Shown here piece after piece: positions 27,064 through 34,353 of a stretch of 34,353 bases of DNA. The notes beneath the pieces were generated by a model that was given only the letters and a program-made list of their open reading frames with translations, was not told the DNA's origin and did no database searches. The position numbers were made by a program, and so were the translations under genes. This DNA is from Arcobacteraceae bacterium (GTDB taxonomy: Bacteria > Campylobacterota > Campylobacteria > Campylobacterales > Arcobacteraceae), in contig JBLWVX010000028.1 in the NCBI GenBank assembly GCA_048268245.1, positions 1 through 34,353 on the forward strand, written 5' to 3'. The stretch's first letter is position 1. Every line of letters begins with the position of its first letter.

Positions 27064-28122
27064 TTATTTTAAATCTGCGCCAATTGCTTCACTGATATGT
27101 GAGTAACCGTCTTTTTCTAGAAGTTCTAAAATCTCTTCATTGATCTTTTTAACCATTGAAGGACCTTCAAAAACTAAACCTGAGTAAACTTGCACTAAAG
27201 AAGCACCTGCTTTGATTCTTTTGTATGCATCTTCTCCTGTTATGATACCACCAACAGAGATTAAAACAGTTTTTCCAAATAAATCTTTTGCTATTTCTTT
27301 AAATAAACTATATGATTTTTCAGTTAAACAAGCTCCACTTAATCCACCAAAATCTTGACAGTTTGGAACTAAACTATAATCAATAGTTGTATTTGTAGCA
27401 ATAATCCCAGCAGCACCTGCATTTACTGCACAATTACAAAGTTCAATTGCTTGTTTTGGTTCCATATCAGGAGCAATTTTTAGTAAAATTGGCTTATTAG
27501 TCAAGCTTTTTGCCATAGTAAAAAGCTCTGTAATAAACTTCTCATTTTGTAAATCTCTTAAGTTCGGAGTATTAGGACTTGAAATATTTATTACTAAATA
27601 ATCACTTGTTGCTTCAAACTTTTTGATAAGCATTTTATAATCACTTAAAGCAAACTCTTCAGGTGTTGTTTTGTTTTTTCCAATATTTGCACCAACTGGA
27701 ATTTCAAAAGGGTATACTTTTTTTAAGTTTTTTAAAACTGTATGTGCACCTTCATTATTAAATCCCATCGCATTTTGAACTGATTTATGCTCAGGGTATC
27801 TAAACATTCTAGGTTTTGCATTTCCATCTTGTGGTCTTGGTGTCATAGTTCCAATTTCTGTAAAACCAAATCCCATAGCAGGCATTGCTTTAACCATTGT
27901 TGCATTTTTATCAAAACCAGCGGCAAGTCCTACTGGGTTTACAAACTTAACATCAAAAATCTCTTGTGTAAGTTTTTTATCACATATAAAATTCTCTTTC
28001 TCCATAGGTTTTTTAATAAGTTTACAAGTACCTACTGCTCTTAAACCTAATTCTGCAATATTATGAGCTGTTTCTGGCTCAAATTTGAATAGAACTTTTT
28101 TTATTGTGTCATAACTTAACAA
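27064..28122 (-). CDS. pyrD: Quinone-dependent dihydroorotate dehydrogenase (class 2)
   Basis: NPVGLAAGFDKN, NISSPNTPNLR, KIAPD, GGLSG; TTG start. Confidence 0.97.
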   Translation of the reverse strand: MLSYDTIKKVLFKFEPETAHNIAELGLRAVGTCKLIKKPMEKENFICDKKLTQEIFDVKFVNPVGLAAGFDKNATMVKAMPAMGFGFTEIGTMTPRPQDGNAKPRMFRYPEHKSVQNAMGFNNEGAHTVLKNLKKVYPFEIPVGANIGKNKTTPEEFALSDYKMLIKKFEATSDYLVINISSPNTPNLRDLQNEKFITELFTMAKSLTNKPILLKIAPDMEPKQAIELCNCAVNAGAAGIIATNTTIDYSLVPNCQDFGGLSGACLTEKSYSLFKEIAKDLFGKTVLISVGGIITGEDAYKRIKAGASLVQVYSGLVFEGPSMVKKINEEILELLEKDGYSHISEAIGADLK

Positions 28123-28215
28123 GTGTATCCTTTTTTAAAATTTAGATATTTTATCCAAAAATCGTTAAATATAAGTTTTAATGTTGTTTTAAAAGTATTT
28201 TTAGCAAATATTTTT

Positions 28216-29925
28216 TTAAATATTTGCTAAATTATATAGTCTTTGATACTCTTCACAAGTATCTAATAGGTTTTTTTCATTATCAATTGCTACAATATTA
28301 CCATCTTTAAATACAGCAATTTTATCAGCATTTTTAATTGTACTTAATCTATGGGCAATTACAAAAGTAATTCTATCTTTTGATACATCATCTATTACTT
28401 CTGAAATAATAGATTCACTCTCATTATCAAGTGCTGATGTAGCTTCATCTAAGATAAGAATTTGAGGGTTTTTATATAAAGCTCTTGCTATTGCAATTCT
28501 TTGTCTTTGACCTCCACTTAAGTTAGTTCCAGACTCATCAAGTTTTGTATAAATACCATCTTCTAGCTCATTTACAAAGTCATAAGCATGGGCTTGTTTT
28601 AAAGCTTCAATAACCTTTTTTTCATCAATATCATAACCATATGCTACATTTGCAGCAACGCTGTCATTAAAAATATATACTCTTTGTGTTACTACAGAGA
28701 TATTTTTTCTAAGGGAGTCTATATTTATGTCTTGAATATTTTCATTATTATATTTTATTGAACCCTTACTGATATCATAAAATCTAATTAGAAGATTAAT
28801 CACAGATGATTTTCCACCCCCACTATCTCCTACAAGAGCAAATTTTTCACCTTTTGAAACGTAAAAACTTATATCTTTTAAGGCTGTAAAGTCATCATAT
28901 TTTAATTGTACATTCTTAAATTCAATATTTTCAATTTGAGAAGGGAAAGTTTTATCTCCACTTTTAATTTCTGCTTTTTGAGCAAAAATGCTTTTGATTC
29001 TGATATCAGCAGCTATTGCATCTTGCATTTGGTTGTATAAAGAAGAAAGTCTTTTTATTGGTGTGTATAGAGAAAATAGGGCAGTTGTAAATGAAAGAAA
29101 TGAACCAGTTGTAAGTTCTCCATTTATTACTTGTGTACCACCTACTATAATAACAACTGCAAAACCAATTGAACCTATAATTTCCATAATAGGCGATACT
29201 AAAGCATTTGTTTTTACTGTATTTATATTTATTTTAAAAAACTTATAGTTATGTTCTTTAAAACTATCTAGTTCTATTTGATTTGTAGAGTTTGCTTTAA
29301 TTAGTTCTACATTATTAAAAGTTTCACTTAGATGTGAAGTAACATCAGAAATAGATTCTTGTGATTTAAAAGATAGCTTTTTCATCTTTTTAGCAAGTTT
29401 AGATAAGGGGTAAATAGCTATTGGAAGTACAACTAAACCATAAAAAGCAAGTTCAGGACTTTGATAGATTGCAACTCCTACTAATCCAATAATAGTTAAA
29501 ATTTCTCTAATCATATCTGCAATAAAGTTTGATACTGCTTGTTGAATTCTATTGATATCATTTGTGATTCTTGAAATTAGCTCACCACCATGCTTTTTTT
29601 GAAAAAATGACATATCAAGCTCTAAAATATGTTTTAGTAGTTTATCTCTAATAATTCTTACTATATCTTGACCAATAAATGAAATGTAGTATTTTTGAAT
29701 ATATCCACCAATACCTTTTATTGCATAAATACCAACAACAATAAATGGCATAATAAATAACAGATCTTTGTCTTTGTTGATAAAAATGTCATCAAGTAAG
29801 GGTTCTATAATATAAACAGTTCCAGCAGTACCACCTGCAACCATAATCATTCCAATTACAGCGAAGAAAAATTTTAGCTTATAGTTTTTTAAATAAGGTA
29901 AATAGTGTTTGTAAAATTCTCTCAT
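28216..29925 (-). CDS. msbA: ABC exporter, TMD+NBD half transporter (lipid A flippase MsbA-like)
   Basis: Six TM, Walker A GDSGGGKS, LSGGQRQR, ILDEATSALD; between murJ and pyrD as in Campylobacter. Confidence 0.82.
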   Translation of the reverse strand: MREFYKHYLPYLKNYKLKFFFAVIGMIMVAGGTAGTVYIIEPLLDDIFINKDKDLLFIMPFIVVGIYAIKGIGGYIQKYYISFIGQDIVRIIRDKLLKHILELDMSFFQKKHGGELISRITNDINRIQQAVSNFIADMIREILTIIGLVGVAIYQSPELAFYGLVVLPIAIYPLSKLAKKMKKLSFKSQESISDVTSHLSETFNNVELIKANSTNQIELDSFKEHNYKFFKININTVKTNALVSPIMEIIGSIGFAVVIIVGGTQVINGELTTGSFLSFTTALFSLYTPIKRLSSLYNQMQDAIAADIRIKSIFAQKAEIKSGDKTFPSQIENIEFKNVQLKYDDFTALKDISFYVSKGEKFALVGDSGGGKSSVINLLIRFYDISKGSIKYNNENIQDINIDSLRKNISVVTQRVYIFNDSVAANVAYGYDIDEKKVIEALKQAHAYDFVNELEDGIYTKLDESGTNLSGGQRQRIAIARALYKNPQILILDEATSALDNESESIISEVIDDVSKDRITFVIAHRLSTIKNADKIAVFKDGNIVAIDNEKNLLDTCEEYQRLYNLANI

Positions 29926-29981
29926 TACTATCCTAGTTTTTTATAAATAAGCCAATATTATATCTAAAAGAAATTTAATCC

Positions 29982-31289
29982 CTAAATAGGCTTTTTAAAC
30001 ATAATATAAAACTTCTTAAAGCCAAACTCTTTTAGTGTTAAATAAAATAAAATAAAACCACTCAAAGTTGAAGCAAATGCAAGTCCTGCAGCTCCATAAG
30101 GCTGTATTAGAAGTAGAGAAAATACAATATTAAATCCTAAACTTTTCATAGCAATTTTCGCAGCTAAAAACTGTTGTTCTTTTGCATATAGCCATAAAGA
30201 GAAGATTTTAGCTATTCCATAAGGAATAAGTCCTATTAAATACATAGATAAAATAAGTGCAGTATTCGCAGTGTCATTAGCATCAAAAGCACCTCTTTCA
30301 AATAAGAGCCAAATTATAAACTCATCAAATCCAATACCTATAAGTGTGGCAATACTTAAAAGAGCAAATAAAATTAGTGAAGATTTTTTCATAAGTCTTA
30401 GTGCTTTATCTTCATCTTTATTTTTAATAGCTCTTGCTATCATTGGAAATAGTGCTATTGATGTGGCTATTGCAAATAATGCAAGGGGTAATTGAAAAAC
30501 TCTATTTCCATAGTAAAGGTAAGAAATTGAACCAGATACTAAAAAAGAAGCAAGCCAAGTATCTAAAAAAGCAGAAATATGGGCTGTTGAAGAGCCAAGT
30601 GTTGCAGAAAAGAAGTTTTTATAAAATTTATTCTCTTCTTTTTTCTTATGTTTTTTAAAGTGAAATATTTTACATAAATTTAGGTTTTTTATAGCTATTA
30701 AATGAACTATTATTTGAAGAAGACCTCCTGTTAAAACTCCATATGATAGATAAAAAGTTATATCATATTTTTCCATATCTTGAGAGATTAGAAGAGCTGC
30801 AATCATTCCTAAATTTAAAAGTGCTGTAGCATAGGCTGTTGTAGCAAAATGGTTTTTATATTGAAGAAGTGCTGCCATAAAGGTTACAACAAAAATCATA
30901 GGTAAATAATAGAAATTTATAGCAAATAAAGGTGCTGCTAAATCTATAGTTTTATCATCAAAACCAATTGCAATTGCTTTTGCTACTAAATGAGAAAAGG
31001 CAGTTACTAAAAGTGAAAGAATAATCAAAAATCCAAAAAGCTGTAAAAATATAATAGATGAAAATCTAATTTTATGTTTTGATTTTGCATATGCAGGAAT
31101 GAAAGCTTGTGTAAAAGCACCTTCTGCAAAAACTCTTCTAAATAGATTTGGTAGTTTAAAAGCAACAAAGAAAATATCTGAATAAATATTAGCTCCCAAT
31201 ATTGAAGCTGTTAAAAGGTCTCTTATAAAACCTAAAATTCTTGAAGTTAAAATACCTGTACTATTTGTAAAAATTGATTTTATTAACAT
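29982..31289 (-). CDS. murJ: Lipid II flippase MurJ/MviN
   Basis: SRILGFIRD, AFKLPNLFRRVFAEGAF, NRVFQLPL. Confidence 0.96.
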   Translation of the reverse strand: MLIKSIFTNSTGILTSRILGFIRDLLTASILGANIYSDIFFVAFKLPNLFRRVFAEGAFTQAFIPAYAKSKHKIRFSSIIFLQLFGFLIILSLLVTAFSHLVAKAIAIGFDDKTIDLAAPLFAINFYYLPMIFVVTFMAALLQYKNHFATTAYATALLNLGMIAALLISQDMEKYDITFYLSYGVLTGGLLQIIVHLIAIKNLNLCKIFHFKKHKKKEENKFYKNFFSATLGSSTAHISAFLDTWLASFLVSGSISYLYYGNRVFQLPLALFAIATSIALFPMIARAIKNKDEDKALRLMKKSSLILFALLSIATLIGIGFDEFIIWLLFERGAFDANDTANTALILSMYLIGLIPYGIAKIFSLWLYAKEQQFLAAKIAMKSLGFNIVFSLLLIQPYGAAGLAFASTLSGFILFYLTLKEFGFKKFYIMFKKPI

Positions 31290-32860
31290 TAAAACTCTAC
31301 TTTATAATCTGATTTTTTATGAATATTAATTTGAATATTACCCTTAAATGTTGATAAATGACCTGAAAGGATTATAATCTTACTATTATTAGGAGGAAGT
31401 ATACTTTTGTCTTTGCAATAAAGTCTTATTTCCTTATTTTGAAAGTATAACTTATTATTTTTTACAATACCTTTTAAATTTGTGACTATTTCATTTTGGT
31501 ATGTCGGATTGAAAATATTTATATTTTTTGCATCTAAATATAGTTTTTTATAAGAATGAAAATCTTTGCTTTTCTCTAAAGCCTCAAACTTTTTTACTTC
31601 TTTTAATCCATAAAAGTTTTCTATTTTAGAAATTTTTAAATTATAAGCATTTCCAAGTTTCAGATTTTTTGCATTTTTGTAAAAATATATAGCTCTATTA
31701 TTTTCTTGTTTTAAAATAGCACTATATTTATTTTTATAGATTACTATTGCATTATTTATAATTACATCATTTTTTAAGCTTTCTTTATCATAAAAGTATG
31801 AGATTTTAACTTCTTTATTTTTGCTATTGTTTTGATATTTATTAAGAGAGTTTTTGTACTCTTTTTTAGTACTAAAGTTTGCAAAAATTGGTAAATGATC
31901 AGAGTATCCATATCCTTGATGAATGCCTTTTTTTATTTGCCATCTTAAAACTTTTTTATTTTTATATAAGTATTCAGATTTGAAAACTCTAAAAGAATAG
32001 GGTATATAAGAGATTTTTTTATTATCAAATAGGGCTTTTGGAACTATGATATTATCAGGAGTTTGATTTTGGTTTCTAAATTTATTTGAAAACCTTTCAT
32101 ATGTTTTTAAATCAAGCCATAAATTATAATGTACAATTTTTTCTTTTTGTGCTAAATCATCGTATGTATTAAACTCTTTTTTTATTTTTGTATTTAAAAC
32201 TTGGTTTATTCCTGTAATTCCATAAGTATTATTTAACTTTTTATCAAATTTAAATGTTTGTTCTTCATTATAGTTTGAGTTAAAGTCACCTAATAAAATA
32301 TAATCATAATCCCTTGGAAGTTCTTTTACTCTATCATAAAGTTTCTTTGCGAATTTTAGTCTATAAGATTCACTAACTCTTTTTGAAGGCCAATGATTAT
32401 TAAAGATTTTAAATTCATAATTATCAACTTTAAAAGTTGATTCTAGTATGGGTCTAAAGGTTTTATTTGTAAATTTTACTTCAATATCTTTTGAGTTTAT
32501 TATTTTTATTTTAGATATAAAACCAAGTCCCACAGCTGAGTTTTTATATTTAGAAAAAGAGTAATATTTATATGAAGGTATTTTTTTTACTAATAATTGT
32601 AGTAATTGCTTATTTTCTATTTCTTGAAGAGCAATAATATCACAATCTATATCTTTGATTACTTTTATTGTATTAGCTAGTTTTTTATTGAAATTTTGTT
32701 TATTCCACTTACTATTGGTAAAAGGTTTATACTCTTTATATTCAGTTTTTTGATTTTTTAAATCGAATAGATTTTCAACATTATAAGAAGCTACACAAAA
32801 ATCTTTAGCATTTAAATAAATGCCAAAAGCTAAAAAGAAAAGAAAAAAACTCTTAAACAA
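31289..32860 (-). CDS. Secreted endonuclease/exonuclease/phosphatase (EEP) family protein with a C-terminal extension
   Basis: Signal peptide, ASYNVENLFD, ALQEIE, NHWPSK, LGDFN, SDHLP. Confidence 0.88.
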   Translation of the reverse strand: MFKSFFLFFLAFGIYLNAKDFCVASYNVENLFDLKNQKTEYKEYKPFTNSKWNKQNFNKKLANTIKVIKDIDCDIIALQEIENKQLLQLLVKKIPSYKYYSFSKYKNSAVGLGFISKIKIINSKDIEVKFTNKTFRPILESTFKVDNYEFKIFNNHWPSKRVSESYRLKFAKKLYDRVKELPRDYDYILLGDFNSNYNEEQTFKFDKKLNNTYGITGINQVLNTKIKKEFNTYDDLAQKEKIVHYNLWLDLKTYERFSNKFRNQNQTPDNIIVPKALFDNKKISYIPYSFRVFKSEYLYKNKKVLRWQIKKGIHQGYGYSDHLPIFANFSTKKEYKNSLNKYQNNSKNKEVKISYFYDKESLKNDVIINNAIVIYKNKYSAILKQENNRAIYFYKNAKNLKLGNAYNLKISKIENFYGLKEVKKFEALEKSKDFHSYKKLYLDAKNINIFNPTYQNEIVTNLKGIVKNNKLYFQNKEIRLYCKDKSILPPNNSKIIILSGHLSTFKGNIQINIHKKSDYKVEF

Positions 32861-32919
32861 ATATAATCTCCAATATTTTTTATAATATTATCTAATATAT
32901 TATGTTTAAGAGGTAAAAC

Positions 32920-32950
32920 AAAAAGAAGCAAAAGTAAAATGCTTCTTTTT
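32920..32950 (-). terminator. Rho-independent terminator after the rubrerythrin gene
   Basis: AAAAAGAAGCA-N9-TGCTTCTTTTT just past the stop codon. Confidence 0.75.
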
Positions 32951-32954
32951 TAAT

Positions 32955-33608
32955 CTATTTCTGAGAGTTTAATCTTGATTGGTATTCTTGTGGATGTTTA
33001 CAAACAGGACATGTTTTTAGAGCTTTTTTACCTCTATGAACATGACCACATACTTCACAAATCCACTCTTCTTCCTCATCCTCACTAACAAACTCTTTAC
33101 CATTTTCAAGTCTGTCTTTTAATCTTTTGTACATGTTTTCATGTTCAATTTCAATTTTTCCAATCATATCTAACATTCTAGAAATATCTTTATGACCTTC
33201 TTCTTTTGCAACTTGTGCAAAATCTGGATACATAGTAACATTTTCATAGCTTTCGCCATCAATAGCAATTTGAAGGTTTTCAACAGTATCTCCAAACTCT
33301 TTATCATAGTTTAGAACATTATATGCTTTTAGTTCTAAATGAGCATGTTTCTTTTCATTATTTGCAGCTCTTTGGAAGTGCTCAGCAATATCTCTGTATC
33401 CTTCTTTTTGAGCAATCTTAGCAAAGTACTCATATTTATTTCTTGCCATAGACTCACCAGCAAAGGCTTTCATTAAGACAACCGAAGTTAAATCTTCTGT
33501 AATACAGTCCATTTTCTTACCACAGCAGTGAAGTTCTCCTCCACCAACTTTTGATAATTCAACCTCGTTACCACATACACTACACTTATAACTTTCATAT
33601 TGTCTCAT
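32955..33608 (-). CDS. Desulforubrerythrin (desulforedoxin + diiron four-helix + rubredoxin domains), copy 1
   Basis: CSVC...HCCG, AFAGES, EKKH, ESYE, EIEH, CEVC...CPVC. Confidence 0.92.
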   Translation of the reverse strand: MRQYESYKCSVCGNEVELSKVGGGELHCCGKKMDCITEDLTSVVLMKAFAGESMARNKYEYFAKIAQKEGYRDIAEHFQRAANNEKKHAHLELKAYNVLNYDKEFGDTVENLQIAIDGESYENVTMYPDFAQVAKEEGHKDISRMLDMIGKIEIEHENMYKRLKDRLENGKEFVSEDEEEEWICEVCGHVHRGKKALKTCPVCKHPQEYQSRLNSQK

Positions 33609-33638
33609 TTGTATCTCCTTGAAATTTGAAATTTATAT

Positions 33639-33647
33639 ATTCTAACA
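33639..33647 (-). promoter_or_regulatory. Extended -10 (TGtTAGAAT) internal promoter for rubrerythrin copy 1
   Basis: ATTCTAACA on + reads TGTTAGAAT on -; AAGGAG RBS downstream. Confidence 0.55.
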
Positions 33648-33682
33648 TTTAAAATTTAATTTGTTATTAATAAAAGAGCTTT

Positions 33683-34345
33683 TTAGCCTACTGTAACGTC
33701 TTTATTTCTTTTTTTGAAATATTCTTTTTCAACTCTACATAAAGGACAAGCACCAGGAGGTTTTTTCCCTCTATGAACATGACCACAAACTTCACATACC
33801 CATTCCTCTTCAGTATCTGATTCTAAGAAACCTTCATCAATTAATGCTTGTTTTAATTCTAAGTATTCATTTTCGTGTTCAACTTCAACTTTACCAATAG
33901 CTTTAAACATTCTAGCAATCTCTTTTAATCCTTCTTCTTTTGCAATAGCTTCAAAGTTTGGATACATTTCTTCATGTTCATATTTCTCACCATCAGCAGC
34001 ATACTGAATATTCTTTTTAGTTGAATCTAACTCTACATTATTTACTAATTTATTATAAGCTTTAAATTCAGCCATAGCATGGTATTTTTCATTATCAGCA
34101 GCTTCTTGAAAAAATTTTGCAATTCTATGTAAACCTTCTTCAAAAGCAACTTGGGCAAAAAACTCATATTTGTTTCTAGCTTGTGATTCTCCTGCAAAGG
34201 CTTTCATTAAGTTCACAGCTGTTAAGTTTTCTGTAATCATTTCCATTTCATTTCCACAACAAAATAATTTAGCATTTGTTCCTGTTTCTTGTACTTCTAC
34301 TTCACATCCACATGTATTACATTTGTAAGTTTCATATTGTCTCAT
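33683..34345 (-). CDS. Desulforubrerythrin, copy 2
   Basis: CNTC...FCCG, AFAGES, EKYH, EKYE, EVEH, CEVC...CPLC. Confidence 0.92.
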   Translation of the reverse strand: MRQYETYKCNTCGCEVEVQETGTNAKLFCCGNEMEMITENLTAVNLMKAFAGESQARNKYEFFAQVAFEEGLHRIAKFFQEAADNEKYHAMAEFKAYNKLVNNVELDSTKKNIQYAADGEKYEHEEMYPNFEAIAKEEGLKEIARMFKAIGKVEVEHENEYLELKQALIDEGFLESDTEEEWVCEVCGHVHRGKKPPGACPLCRVEKEYFKKRNKDVTVG

Positions 34346-34353
34346 AATTTATT

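Noticed and set aside
12548..30658. Other short antisense ORFs (12548, 17629, 24222, 25008, 25079, 25659, 27787, 28988, 30271, 30434)
   Set aside because: All lie opposite conserved core genes and lack recognisable motifs.

Overview
Very AT-rich, gene-dense chromosomal window. Gene order and TGnTATAAT promoters point to Campylobacterota, most likely Arcobacteraceae (inference). It holds about 36 intact CDSs, mostly core functions: purine and pyrimidine salvage (NCS2 permease plus PRTase; upp/uraA), a bacterial voltage-gated cation channel, yajQ, an OmpR-family two-component system, a NUDIX hydrolase, a cytochrome c, pldA, rpe-trpF-dnaQ-like-HD hydrolase, oorDABC, trpC, the run murJ-msbA-pyrD-M16 peptidase-globin-dapA-SDR-pgsA-rseP-yggS, a secreted EEP nuclease and two tandem desulforubrerythrins. 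I saw no mobile element, CRISPR array, rRNA or tRNA. The most unusual feature is the 356-nt gap at 6931-7286. It has four helically phased TGWAAT boxes abutting a TATAAT, then about 290 nt that folds by eye into two multi-stem domains with plus-strand G-U pairs and mutually exclusive pairings ending on the RBS of an uncharacterised membrane protein, with a two-component system right behind. This is a candidate new cis-regulatory RNA or sRNA module. All calls come from motif reading only; no searches or folding programs were run.
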